This document shows, one piece after another, positions 7,994 to 17,437 of a DNA stretch of 35,716 nt. How positions within the stretch are numbered: the first letter of the stretch is position 1; the number at the start of each line of letters is the position of its first letter. The DNA is from an uncultured Lachnospiraceae bacterium (lineage in GTDB: Bacteria > Bacillota > Clostridia > TANB77 > CAG-508), in the NCBI GenBank assembly GCA_964497325.1, contig CAZCCM010000003.1, positions 2,259 to 37,974 on the forward strand, given 5' to 3'. A program made the position numbers and the translations under genes. Below the pieces are notes generated by a model that was not told the DNA's origin, made no database searches, and saw nothing but the letters and a program-made list of their open reading frames with translations.

Positions 7994-8461
7994 ATGGAAT
8001 TAATTAGTTACTTGTTTTCAATGTTTGCTGTATTTTTTTGGTTGTTTAGACTAGTAGTATCTTTTGCACCAAATATTAATTTAAACTTGCCATTTGTATC
8101 TGAAAATTTAATAATAGAAATTATTATTCTGTTTATATCATTGCTGGGGTTAATAGGTATATTTAAAAGAAAAACATTTTTAACTGCAGTATATTTAGCA
8201 AGTTATTTTGCATATTATGGTTATGAAATATTTAATATTGTTTCTAACTCACAAGGTATACTTGCAAGTGGAGATACTAAAAATATAGTTATTTATAGTT
8301 TAGGAATATTAATAGCACTTTTAAATTTTTTAGATGTATTGTTAAATAAAGAGCGAAAAGGATCTACTAAAAATGTAAATTTAGATTGGTATTATAGTGA
8401 AGGCAATTTTGAAAGAGAAAAAGACGAAAGAGTAGATCAAAATAGATATAGAATAAAATAA
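7994..8461 (+). CDS. Hypothetical polytopic membrane protein
   Basis: I place the start at ATG 7994 (GGAGGA SD at 7985-7990). The track extension from 7955 lies on the terminator hairpin. There are about four hydrophobic helices and a charged C-terminal tail. Confidence 0.6.
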   Translation: MELISYLFSMFAVFFWLFRLVVSFAPNINLNLPFVSENLIIEIIILFISLLGLIGIFKRKTFLTAVYLASYFAYYGYEIFNIVSNSQGILASGDTKNIVIYSLGILIALLNFLDVLLNKERKGSTKNVNLDWYYSEGNFEREKDERVDQNRYRIK

Positions 8462-8499
8462 GAAATAAAAGTTAAACCTAAATAAAAAGGAAAAAAGAA

Positions 8500-8733
8500 A
8501 TGAACAAGCTTGAATTAAATAAAGTATATAAGCATTTTAAAGGAAAGTTATATTTAGTTGAAGATATAGCTTATCATAGTGAAACTAATGATAAATATAT
8601 TGTGTATAGAGCTCTATATGGTGATAAAAAATTATATATAAGACCTTATGATATGTTTTTAAGCAAGGTTGATAAAGAAAAGTATCCAAATGTAGAACAA
8701 AAATATAGATTTGAATTACAGAAAGATGAATAA
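8500..8733 (+). CDS. DUF1653 family protein
   Basis: 77 aa. YKHFKGKLYLVEDIAYHSETNDKYIVYRALYGDKKLYIRPYDMF matches the DUF1653 pattern as I remember it. Confidence 0.75.
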   Translation: MNKLELNKVYKHFKGKLYLVEDIAYHSETNDKYIVYRALYGDKKLYIRPYDMFLSKVDKEKYPNVEQKYRFELQKDE

Positions 8734-8775
8734 TCATTATAAAGTAAAAAATATAATTTTAAGAAATATAAATTG

Positions 8776-8816
8776 AGGTAGTAAATCATATAAAGAATTA
8801 CTACCTTAGCTTTTTT
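8776..8816 (+). terminator. Putative terminator after the DUF1653 gene
   Basis: 9-bp stem AGGTAGTAA (8776-8784) / TTACTACCT (8798-8806) with a 13-nt loop. A T-run (8811-8816) begins 4 nt after the stem. Confidence 0.45.
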
Positions 8817-8952
8817 ATTTTAAGAAGCAATTTATAAGGAATAATTTACTAGTAACTTACATGTTTTATATAAGTTTTTGTTTATATAAGAAAAATGAAT
8901 ATACAAAATTAAATTAAAAAAATGTCAATGGTTAAATAAAAAACATTTAATA

Positions 8953-8981
8953 TTCATACTAAGTTTAATTTGTGTTATAAT
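8953..8981 (+). promoter_or_regulatory. Putative extended -10 promoter for the methyltransferase-copA operon
   Basis: TTCATA (8953-8958), 17 nt, TGtTATAAT (8973-8981). Confidence 0.45.
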
Positions 8982-9000
8982 ATTTATAGATATAGAAAAG

Positions 9001-9052
9001 AAAAGAATAGAATAGATATAGATAAGAAAAGAATAGAATAGATATAGATAAG
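9001..9052. repeat. Perfect 26-bp tandem duplication (AAAAGAATAGAATAGATATAGATAAG x2) in the 5' leader
   Basis: Read directly: 9001-9026 is identical to 9027-9052. A partial copy (GATATAGAAAAG) sits immediately upstream. Confidence 0.95.
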
Positions 9053-9108
9053 AACAAATAGATTAAAATAAGTGTTTTTTAATTGTACTTATAAAAGAGG
9101 GACATATA

Positions 9109-10353
9109 TTGAATATATTGGAATGTACAAAATTAGATCATTATGGTCGTGGAATAAGCAGATATAATAATAAAATAGTATTTATAGATAATTTTCTTCC
9201 AGGAGAAAAAGCTGATATAGAAATAGTACAAGAAAAGAAGAATTTTTGTATAGGTAAAGTTAAAGAATTAATTGAAATAAGTGATAAAAGACTTCCAATT
9301 ATATATAATGAAGCTTTTAAAACAAAAACAGCTCCTTTATTACATATGAATTATGATTATCAACTAGAATTTAAGAAAAACAAAGTAAAAGAGTTATTTT
9401 TGAAATTTGCAAATATTGAGTTAAAAGATATAAATATAAAGTTAAGTCCAGAATATAATTATAGGAATAAAGTTACACTTAAAGTTCATAATAAAAAACT
9501 GGCATATAATATGAATAAATCTAATGAATTAGTTAATATAGATGAATGTCCTTTGGTAATGACAGAAATAAATAAAGTTATAACAATGTTAAATAAATAT
9601 TTAAAAGATAATATTGTATTTGATGAAGTTATAATTAGAACTAATTATAATAATGAAATTATGTTGTTATTTAAAGGTAAATTAAATATTAAAGCAATGC
9701 TAAGTGCTCTAAAAGAAATCAATCTAGTATCTATATATCTAAATAATAAAAAAGTATTTGGAGAAGAGTATATATCATATAAGCTGTTTAATAATATATT
9801 TAATATTTATGAAGATGCTTTCTATCAAGTAAATAGTTATCAAATAGAAAATCTATTTAACCCTATATTAGATTATGTAAAAACTAAAAATATAAAAACA
9901 GCTCTAGACTTATACTGCGGAAGTGGCGCAATAGGTATAACAATAAGTGATTATGTAGAAAAAGTAGTAGGAATTGATTCAAATAAAAATTCAATAGGTA
10001 GTGCTAATATTAATAAGACTATAAATGATAAAACAAATATAGAATTTGTAAATAACAAAGTAGAAGATATAATAGACAATATAATAGAAGAATATAAAAA
10101 TATAGATTTAATAGTTGTAGATCCGCCTAGAAGTGGATTAGATGCTGTAACTATTAATAATATCTTAAATGTAAAACCTAGTAATATTGTTTATGTATCT
10201 TGTGATCCAGTTACATTATCAAGAGATATAAAGATTTTAAAAGAGCAATATAATTTAGAGTATATAGAATTAATAGATATGTTTCCTAATACATATCACG
10301 TTGAAGTAGTAGCAATTTTAGAAAAAAATTGTATAAGTAAGGAAAAAATATGA
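9109..10353 (+). CDS. 23S rRNA (uracil-C5)-methyltransferase, RlmD/RumA (TrmA) family, with TRAM domain
   Basis: TTG start with an AGAGGGA SD. N-terminal TRAM-like domain ([28 protein letters not shown]). SAM-binding [19 protein letters not shown] and catalytic YVSCDP motifs. The Cys cluster of E. coli RumA appears largely absent. Confidence 0.85.
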   Translation: MNILECTKLDHYGRGISRYNNKIVFIDNFLPGEKADIEIVQEKKNFCIGKVKELIEISDKRLPIIYNEAFKTKTAPLLHMNYDYQLEFKKNKVKELFLKFANIELKDINIKLSPEYNYRNKVTLKVHNKKLAYNMNKSNELVNIDECPLVMTEINKVITMLNKYLKDNIVFDEVIIRTNYNNEIMLLFKGKLNIKAMLSALKEINLVSIYLNNKKVFGEEYISYKLFNNIFNIYEDAFYQVNSYQIENLFNPILDYVKTKNIKTALDLYCGSGAIGITISDYVEKVVGIDSNKNSIGSANINKTINDKTNIEFVNNKVEDIIDNIIEEYKNIDLIVVDPPRSGLDAVTINNILNVKPSNIVYVSCDPVTLSRDIKILKEQYNLEYIELIDMFPNTYHVEVVAILEKNCISKEKI

Positions 10354-12797
10354 TAAAAAAAACATTAAAAATAGAGGGCATGTCATGCGCGTCATGTTCA
10401 AATGCCGTAGAAAAAACAGTTCAAAAGCTTAATGGAGTATCCAAAGCAAGTGTTAATCTTGCAACAGAAAAGTTAAGTGTAACTTATGATGATAAAGTTA
10501 TATCTGAAGAAGATATTAAAATTGCAGTAGAGAATGCAGGATTTAAAGCATCGTCAGAAACTGTAACTAAAACATTAAAAATTGAGGGAATGAGTTGTGC
10601 ATCATGTGCTAATGGTGTTGAAAGAGCAACAAGAGGTCTAGAAGGTGTTGCAGAATCTAATGTAAATTTAGCTACAGAAAAACTTACTATTAGTTATGAA
10701 CCTTCTGTAGTTAATGTTTCAGATATTAAGAAAACAGTAGAAGATATTGGCTTTAAAGTTGTAGATGATGAAGTAGTAGTTGATGTTGATAAAGAGAAAA
10801 AAGACAATGAAATTAAATCATTATGGGTTAGATTTTTAGTATCTATAATATTTACATTACCTTTATTGTATATTTCAATGGGACATATGATGGGAGCACC
10901 TTTACCTAGTTTTATAGATCCTATGGTAAATCCGTTAAATTTTGCATTAGTGCAACTAATACTTACAATTCCGGTGCTTATATTTGGTCGTAAATTCTAT
11001 TTTGTAGGAATTAAATCATTATTTAAAGGCCATCCAAATATGGATTCATTAATTGCAATTGGTACAGGTGCAGCGTTTCTTTATGGACTATTTGCAACAT
11101 ATAAAATATATATGGGAGACTCTGAATATGCAATGCATTTATACTTCGAATCTGCAGGAGTAATAGTTACTTTAATAACTTTGGGTAAATATTTAGAAGC
11201 AGTATCAAAAGGGAAGACATCTGAAGCCATTAAGAAGTTAATGGGACTTCAACCTAAAACAGCAATAGTTATAATGAATGAAAAAGAAGAAGAAATTCCA
11301 ATAGATGATGTAAAAGTTGGAGATATAATTGTAGTTAAACCAGGTGAGAGAATGCCTGTTGATGGAGAAGTTGTTGAAGGAGTAACTTCAGTTGATGAAT
11401 CAATGCTTACAGGAGAAAGTATTCCAGTTGAAAAAACAATAGGAGATAAAGTTGTAGGAGCAAGTATAAATAAAAATGGTTTAATAAAATATAGAGCTAC
11501 TAAAGTGGGAAAAGACACTGTTTTAGCTCAAATTATTAAGTTGGTTGAAGATGCACAAGGCTCTAAAGCACCAATTGCAAGAACAGCTGATATTATATCT
11601 GGATATTTTGTACCTATTGTAATCGTATTGGCTATATTATCGGGATTAGCTTGGTATTTTATAGGTGGAGAAACATTAACGTTCTCACTTACAATCTTTA
11701 TATCTGTTTTAGTAATAGCGTGCCCATGTGCATTAGGTTTAGCAACACCAACAGCTATAATGGTTGCTACTGGAAAAGGAGCTGAAAATGGTGTGTTAAT
11801 TAAAAGTGGTGTAGCTTTAGAAATAGCACATAAAATTAAAACTATAGTTTTTGATAAAACAGGAACTATTACTGAAGGTAATCCAAAAGTTACAGATATT
11901 ATTACTGTAAAAGGATTTGCTAAAAATGAATTATTGAAATTTGCTGCATCTGCAGAAAAAGGTTCAGAGCATCCTTTAGGTGAAGCAATTGTAAGAGAAG
12001 CAGAAGAAAAAGAAATTCAATTTAAAACAGGTAAAGATTTTAGTGCAATTCCTGGTTATGGAATTGAAGTTAACATAGATGGTAAAAAAGTACTAGCAGG
12101 TAATAAAAAATTAATGATAGAAAAAAAGATTTCTTTAGAAAATTTAGAAGGAGAATCGAATAGATTAGCTAAAGAAGGAAAGACACCAATGTACATAGCT
12201 ATCAATAACAGAATAGCTGGGATAATTGCTGTAGCTGATACAGTTAAAGAAAATAGTAAAAGATCAATAGAGATATTACACAACATGGGAATTAAAGTGG
12301 CAATGATTACTGGAGATAATAAACAAACAGCTGAAGCAATTGCTAAGCAAGTAAATATAGATATAGTATTAGCAGAAGTTCTACCGAAAGATAAAGCTAA
12401 TGAAGTTAAAAAACTTCAATCTAATGGAGAAAAAGTAGCAATGGTTGGAGATGGAATTAATGATGCACCAGCACTTGCTCAAGCAGATATAGGTATAGCA
12501 ATAGGGTCTGGTACTGATGTGGCTATGGAATCTGCAGACATAGTTTTAATGAGAAGCGATTTATTAGATGTAGTAACAGCTATTCAATTAAGTAGAAGTA
12601 CTATAAGGAATATTAAACAGAATTTGTTCTGGGCATTTGGATATAATACCATAGGAATACCAATTGCTATGGGTGTTTTACATATCTTTGGAGGTCCATT
12701 ATTAAATCCTATGATAGCGGGTGCTGCAATGAGTTTAAGTTCAGTATCTGTAGTAACAAATGCATTAAGGTTAAAAAGATTTAAAGTAAAAGAATAG
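10350..12797 (+). CDS. copA: Copper-translocating P1B-type ATPase with two N-terminal HMA domains
   Basis: Two GMSCASC metal-binding domains, TGES, CPC ([11 protein letters not shown]), DKTGTIT and GDGINDAP. The ATG overlaps the stop of the upstream gene (ATGA). Confidence 0.95.
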   Translation: MIKKTLKIEGMSCASCSNAVEKTVQKLNGVSKASVNLATEKLSVTYDDKVISEEDIKIAVENAGFKASSETVTKTLKIEGMSCASCANGVERATRGLEGVAESNVNLATEKLTISYEPSVVNVSDIKKTVEDIGFKVVDDEVVVDVDKEKKDNEIKSLWVRFLVSIIFTLPLLYISMGHMMGAPLPSFIDPMVNPLNFALVQLILTIPVLIFGRKFYFVGIKSLFKGHPNMDSLIAIGTGAAFLYGLFATYKIYMGDSEYAMHLYFESAGVIVTLITLGKYLEAVSKGKTSEAIKKLMGLQPKTAIVIMNEKEEEIPIDDVKVGDIIVVKPGERMPVDGEVVEGVTSVDESMLTGESIPVEKTIGDKVVGASINKNGLIKYRATKVGKDTVLAQIIKLVEDAQGSKAPIARTADIISGYFVPIVIVLAILSGLAWYFIGGETLTFSLTIFISVLVIACPCALGLATPTAIMVATGKGAENGVLIKSGVALEIAHKIKTIVFDKTGTITEGNPKVTDIITVKGFAKNELLKFAASAEKGSEHPLGEAIVREAEEKEIQFKTGKDFSAIPGYGIEVNIDGKKVLAGNKKLMIEKKISLENLEGESNRLAKEGKTPMYIAINNRIAGIIAVADTVKENSKRSIEILHNMGIKVAMITGDNKQTAEAIAKQVNIDIVLAEVLPKDKANEVKKLQSNGEKVAMVGDGINDAPALAQADIGIAIGSGTDVAMESADIVLMRSDLLDVVTAIQLSRSTIRNIKQNLFWAFGYNTIGIPIAMGVLHIFGGPLLNPMIAGAAMSLSSVSVVTNALRLKRFKVKE

Positions 12798-12871
12798 TTG
12801 TGTATTTTTTGAAAGAAATATAAAATATATTATATATTTAGAAAAAATTAAACTTTTGCCTAGGAGATGAA

Positions 12872-13582
12872 ATGCAAGGCTTTTTTGATATAGTAATGAA
12901 AATTTTAGAAACAATTTATGCTTTTAAATATATATTACTTATAATTTTAATGTTATATTTTTTTAGATATTTACCTTTTATAATAAAATATTATAAATCA
13001 TCATATAGAAGAGAAAGTGGAGTTAATATCTTTAAATTTTTATTTAATACAGGTTATTTTGGTGAAGGAATGACATTTATTGAATTAGAAAAAATTCCAA
13101 TATGTTCAAGAATCTTAACTAATCTATATATACCAACAGAAGATGGGACTACTGAAATTGATTTAGTATATATAACTAATTCAGGGATTTATGTAATTGA
13201 AAGTAAAAACTATAGTGGCTGGATATATGGATCATATAAATCAAGAGAATGGACACAAAATATATATGGAAAAAAATATAAGTTTTTAAATCCAATATGG
13301 CAAAATAAAAAACATATAGAATACCTAAGTAAAATCATTCCTAATATTGAAATAAAATCATTAATTGTATTTAGTGAGAGATGCACCTTAAAAAATGTTA
13401 ATGCATACGATACATTAGTATTTAAAAGAAATGAGTTAAAGAATAGAATATTAAAAGATGTACATGTTAATGTTTTAACTAATGAAAAAATAAATGAAAT
13501 ATATAATATTTTAAAGCAATATGGAAATAGATCTAACAAAGAAAAGAAAGAACATATAGAGAGAATTAGAGATAAAAGATAA
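12872..13582 (+). CDS. NERD (nuclease-related domain) protein with N-terminal TM helix
   Basis: N-terminal hydrophobic segment. EIDLVYITNSGIYVIESKNYSGWIYG...W...NPIWQNKKH fits the NERD pattern (PD-(D/E)xK-like D..E.K). Confidence 0.8.
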   Translation: MQGFFDIVMKILETIYAFKYILLIILMLYFFRYLPFIIKYYKSSYRRESGVNIFKFLFNTGYFGEGMTFIELEKIPICSRILTNLYIPTEDGTTEIDLVYITNSGIYVIESKNYSGWIYGSYKSREWTQNIYGKKYKFLNPIWQNKKHIEYLSKIIPNIEIKSLIVFSERCTLKNVNAYDTLVFKRNELKNRILKDVHVNVLTNEKINEIYNILKQYGNRSNKEKKEHIERIRDKR

Positions 13583-13585
13583 AGT

Positions 13586-14221
13586 ATGTTAAATTCAAAA
13601 AAAACAAATAATTATTATAAAAAAATTTACACACATAGACAATTTTATAAATCAATTGTTTTAGCTTTTATGGGTGTAAAATATATTAAGTTGAATAGAA
13701 AGAAGCAATTAATTTCTTCACAATTTCAAGAAAGAATTATGCTTGTGGTTACTGAGGTAAATGGTTGTGAAGCATGTTCATATGCTCATACTAAATTTGC
13801 ATTAGAAGAAGGTATGACTTCAGATGAAATAGAAGCTATTTTAAGTGGTAATACAAATGTTATTCCTAAAAATGAATTAGTAGCGACTTTTTTTGCACAG
13901 CACTATACTAACAATAATGGTATTGTATCACAAGAAGCATGGAATACATTGGTAAGAGAATATGGAGAAGAGAGAGCTTTTATTATTTTAGCTTTTATTA
14001 GAATGATGATTGTTGGTAATATTTATGGTATGGCTTTTAGTGCAATAAGTGATCGTTTTAAAGGAAAGCATACTAAAAAGACAAATATATTTTATGAGAT
14101 ATCAATAATTCTATCAATTTTAATATATTTACCAGTAGGAATACTTCATGCTTTTATTAACAATAAGATTTTGAAAAAATCATTACTACCATTAAATTTC
14201 ACAAAAAATAATCAAGTATAA
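13586..14221 (+). CDS. Carboxymuconolactone decarboxylase / AhpD-like family protein (CxxC) with C-terminal TM helix
   Basis: VTEVNGCEACSYAHTKFALEEGMTSDEIEAIL is the CMD/AhpD-type CxxC helix motif. C-terminal hydrophobic IFYEISIILSILIYLPVGILHAFI. It starts 3 nt after the NERD stop. Confidence 0.7.
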   Translation: MLNSKKTNNYYKKIYTHRQFYKSIVLAFMGVKYIKLNRKKQLISSQFQERIMLVVTEVNGCEACSYAHTKFALEEGMTSDEIEAILSGNTNVIPKNELVATFFAQHYTNNNGIVSQEAWNTLVREYGEERAFIILAFIRMMIVGNIYGMAFSAISDRFKGKHTKKTNIFYEISIILSILIYLPVGILHAFINNKILKKSLLPLNFTKNNQV

Positions 14222-14300
14222 GACTAAAGAGAACAAATAATTGGAATTTTAAAAAGATAAAATAGGTATCTTGGAACAAGTTATACTTAAGGAAAATTAG

Positions 14301-14899
14301 ATGAATATAGAAATTGATCAAAATATATATTATCCGTTAGGTGGGGGTTCTTATGTTTTTAAAGAAAACTAAGTGGAGAATATATTATCTAAAATTAAAA
14401 AATATAAAGCGATTGTCCGTATCATGGGAAGTTTAGCTATAATTATCTTTTAGAAACTAGTAAACTTGAATACAATACTCCTTTAAGGAATCTTATTAGG
14501 GCAATATATTATTCCAAAGTAAATAATTCAAATGAATATAATTATGAAATTATTCGAATAACTGGAAGTGATTATGCAGGATATTATCAAGAAGAATTGC
14601 TATATAAAGTTGTAGCAACTCTTGGATATAGTGCAGATAAATTACCAGAAATTATATATGCACCATTAGTGTTAGATTGGTCTGGAGCAAAAATATCTAA
14701 ATCTTTATATGTTAAAGAGAATGCTTATGATTATTTACCCAAATATATTGTTGATTACAATATTTAAAAAAAAGAATTTGGAATAGAAGGACTTAATAAA
14801 ATATTAAATATTACAGATACTTGGTTTGATAATCCATATATGCTTTTTAGACATTATACTGTATACTATTTTATAAAGGAGTTAGAGAAGAATGTTTAA
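14301..14899 (+). pseudogene. Degraded coding remnant with in-frame stops and a frameshift; original function unknown
   Basis: ATG 14301 (AAGGA SD) is followed by an in-frame TAA at 14370 and TAG at 14451. A 120-codon stop-free stretch with no start codon runs in the next frame (14408-14764), ending at TAA 14765-14767. The same frame stays open for another 43 codons to TAA 14897. An open stretch this long is very unlikely by chance at this AT content. Confidence 0.5.
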
Positions 14900-15326
14900 T
14901 AATGCAATATATATTAGTGTAAAACCTAAATTTACTAAATTAATTGAGTCTGGTGAAAAAAATTATGAATTTAGAAAGTACATGCCTAAGGAAGAAGTTA
15001 AAACATTATTTATTTATGAATCGTTGCCATTATCCAGATTAACATATATTATTGAATTAGGAGACATTATACATTATCCAAATAAAATTGATATTAATGG
15101 ATATGGTAATATTGAATTTAACGAAGGATTAAAAGTATCAAAATATGCGTATTTTTTAAAAAAAGTGTACAAGTTAGAAAAACCTATATTATTAAAAGAT
15201 TTAAAAAAATATGGATTTAATGCTCCACAAGCCTATTCATATGATTATAGGTATCCTGAATTGACTGAATATATAAAGAGTCAACAAATTAAATTAATTA
15301 TTAACAGAGAAGATTTAAAGAACTAA
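14892..15326 (+). CDS. ASCH domain protein (COG4933-like)
   Basis: ISVKPKFTKLIESGEKNYEFRKY at the N-terminus and ...PILLKDLKKYGFNAPQAYSY near the C-terminus match the ASCH/PUA-like pattern. AAGGAG SD. Confidence 0.65.
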   Translation: MFNNAIYISVKPKFTKLIESGEKNYEFRKYMPKEEVKTLFIYESLPLSRLTYIIELGDIIHYPNKIDINGYGNIEFNEGLKVSKYAYFLKKVYKLEKPILLKDLKKYGFNAPQAYSYDYRYPELTEYIKSQQIKLIINREDLKN

Positions 15327-15385
15327 TATAAGTTGCTATATACCTATTTTAAGAAACTTCAAGTGAAGTTAGGTAGAATAAAGTT

Positions 15386-15415
15386 TTTACATTTGATTAT
15401 TAAATGACATATAAT
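15386..15415 (+). promoter_or_regulatory. Putative promoter for rbgA-mrnC-hpf
   Basis: TTTACA (15386-15391), 18 nt, TATAAT (15410-15415), upstream of the AAGGAG SD and ATG 15434. Confidence 0.4.
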
Positions 15416-15433
15416 GTAGTAAAGGAGTTATAA

Positions 15434-16408
15434 ATGAATGAAAATAAAATAAATATAAATTGGTATCCAGGACATATGTTTAAAACAAAGAAAGAATTGC
15501 AGGATGATATATCTGTTACTGATTTAGTAATAGAGCTTTTAGATGCGAGAATACCTTTGTCTTCAAGAAATCCGGATATTTATTCTATGACAGAAAATAA
15601 AAAAAGAATAATAGTTCTAAATAAGAAGGATTTAGCAGATAGCGAGATAAATAAGGAGTGGAAAGAGTATTTTTCTAAGGAAGCACCAACAATAATTCTT
15701 AATTCAGAAGAAAACACAGAGGTCAAAAATGTACTCAAACTTGTTGATGAAATAATGGCTGAGAAAATAAAGAAAGATCAAGAAAAAGGTATTAAATTCC
15801 CTATTATTAGATTAATGATAGTTGGTGTTCCTAATGTTGGTAAGTCTTCATTTATAAATCGTCTAGCAAATAGAAAGACTATGGAAGTAGGAGATAGGCC
15901 AGGAGTCACAAAGAAAAAACAATGGATTAGAATTGATAATAATAAAGAGTTATTAGATACACCAGGAATATTATGGCCTAGGTTTGATAATAAAGAAACA
16001 GGACTTCACTTAGCTTTAGTAGGAAGCATTAAAGATAGCCTTGTAGATGAGATGGATATGTCTTTAAAATTATTAGAAAATTTAATTTTAAATTATCCTG
16101 ACAATTTAATTAAAAGATATGATATAGATGAAGAAGTAAGAGACTTTATTGAAAATTTAAATGAAACTAAAAAAGGAGAGAATAAATTTTCAACAATTTC
16201 TTTTAATATTTTTAAAAATTTATCTATTACAAAATTAGATAAAAATAAATTATACAGATTACTTTTAGTAATAGGAGAAAAAAGGAATTTGTATAGAAAA
16301 AATCAAGAAATAGATGAAGAAAGAGTTTGTAAAATGCTAATTGATGACTTTAGAAAAGGTAGAATAGGAAGAATTAGCTTAGAAAGGCCAATTAAAAAAA
16401 ATGTTTAG
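15434..16408 (+). CDS. rbgA: Ribosome biogenesis GTPase A (YlqF/RbgA), circularly permuted GTPase
   Basis: INWYPGHMFKTKKEL at the N-terminus. The motifs occur in permuted order: NKKD, then GVPNVGKSSFINRL, then DTPG. The C-terminus carries an insertion of roughly 25 aa relative to typical RbgA. Confidence 0.9.
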   Translation: MNENKININWYPGHMFKTKKELQDDISVTDLVIELLDARIPLSSRNPDIYSMTENKKRIIVLNKKDLADSEINKEWKEYFSKEAPTIILNSEENTEVKNVLKLVDEIMAEKIKKDQEKGIKFPIIRLMIVGVPNVGKSSFINRLANRKTMEVGDRPGVTKKKQWIRIDNNKELLDTPGILWPRFDNKETGLHLALVGSIKDSLVDEMDMSLKLLENLILNYPDNLIKRYDIDEEVRDFIENLNETKKGENKFSTISFNIFKNLSITKLDKNKLYRLLLVIGEKRNLYRKNQEIDEERVCKMLIDDFRKGRIGRISLERPIKKNV

Positions 16409-16796
16409 TATAAATAAAGATGAACAAGAAATAAATATGATGAACCCATTGGTTTGGGCATACATTGGTGATTCTATATATGGAATATATGTTAAGCAAT
16501 CTTTAATAGAAAGAACAGATTATAAACCACATAAATTACATGTTTTGACATCTAAAGTTGTAAATGCAAAAGCACAGGCAGAAACCTTAGATAAAATAGA
16601 TAAATATTTAACAGATGATGAAAAAGAAATTGTAAGAAGAGGAAGAAATGCAAAAAATTATCATGTACCTAAAAGTGCTTCAATAGAAGAATATGCAAGG
16701 TCTACAGCATTTGAGGGTTTAATAGGATATTTGTATTTAACTCAAAAATTTGATAGATTAAAAGAAGTATTAAAATATACAGAAGAAAATATATAA
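16401..16796 (+). CDS. mrnC: Mini-ribonuclease 3 (Mini-III)
   Basis: NPLVWAYIGDSIYGIYVKQ and RRGRNAK...ARSTAFEGLIGYLYL are Mini-III hallmarks. It overlaps the rbgA end by 8 nt. Confidence 0.85.
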   Translation: MFSINKDEQEINMMNPLVWAYIGDSIYGIYVKQSLIERTDYKPHKLHVLTSKVVNAKAQAETLDKIDKYLTDDEKEIVRRGRNAKNYHVPKSASIEEYARSTAFEGLIGYLYLTQKFDRLKEVLKYTEENI

Positions 16797-16814
16797 AATT
16801 TAAAGGAGGAATAT

Positions 16815-17348
16815 ATGAAAATTAATATTATAGGAAAAGACATTAAACCAACAGAGGCAATTGAGGATTTCACAATAAAAAAATTAGAAAGAATACAAAA
16901 ATATTTTGATCAAGACATAAATGCAGAAGTAACTTTAAGAGAAGAAGGAAATGTTCAAATAGTAGAAATGAAAATAGCTGTAAAAAGATCAGTTTTTAGA
17001 TCAATTGCAGAAGAAAAAGATGTGTATGCAGCAATAGATACAAATATAGATATATTAGAAGGACAGATAAGAAAAGCTAAAACAATAAGAGAAAAAAGAA
17101 GAAAAGAAAATAATCAAGAAGTAGAATATACAGAAATTGAAGATGATTTATTTGAAACAGAGGATGAAATAATCAGATATGCAACTTATGATTTAAAACC
17201 TCTTGATCCAGAAGATGCAAAAATAATTTTAGTAGAACATAGAAAACATATGTTTATGCCATTTATAAATCTTCAGACAGGTGCAGTTAATGTTATATAT
17301 AAATTAAAGGATGGAAAAAACTTTGGATTAATTGAACCAGAGGCATAA
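16815..17348 (+). CDS. hpf: Ribosome hibernation promoting factor, long form
   Basis: N-terminal S30AE/YfiA domain (MKINIIGKDIKPTEAIEDFTIKKLERIQKYF) plus a C-terminal dimerisation domain (KPLDPEDAKIILVEH...FMPFINLQTGAVNVIYKLKDGKNFGLIEP). Confidence 0.9.
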   Translation: MKINIIGKDIKPTEAIEDFTIKKLERIQKYFDQDINAEVTLREEGNVQIVEMKIAVKRSVFRSIAEEKDVYAAIDTNIDILEGQIRKAKTIREKRRKENNQEVEYTEIEDDLFETEDEIIRYATYDLKPLDPEDAKIILVEHRKHMFMPFINLQTGAVNVIYKLKDGKNFGLIEPEA

Positions 17349-17437
17349 AAGTTAAAAACATAAAACAAGAATATATAGTAATAGATAAAAAGTATAAATT
17401 TAGAAAAAAGATAATAAGTAAGTAGTAAAGGGAAATT

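Noticed and set aside
8988-9052. CRISPR array as an explanation for this and the other intergenic repeats (18334-18369, 20925-20990, 28398-28422)
   Set aside because: The repeat units are contiguous or nearly so, without unique spacers of 25-40 nt. There are only 2-6 units per cluster, the units differ between clusters, and no cas genes are present.
8820-9108. CopY or CsoR operator upstream of the copA operon
   Set aside because: I found no TACAnnTGTA box and no G+C-rich CsoR-like pseudo-palindrome. Only AT-rich direct repeats are present, and these are reported separately.
15353-15370. Small hairpin AACTTCAAGTGAAGTT after the ASCH gene as a terminator
   Set aside because: It has only a 6-bp stem and a 3-6 nt loop, with no following T-run. 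That is too weak to call.
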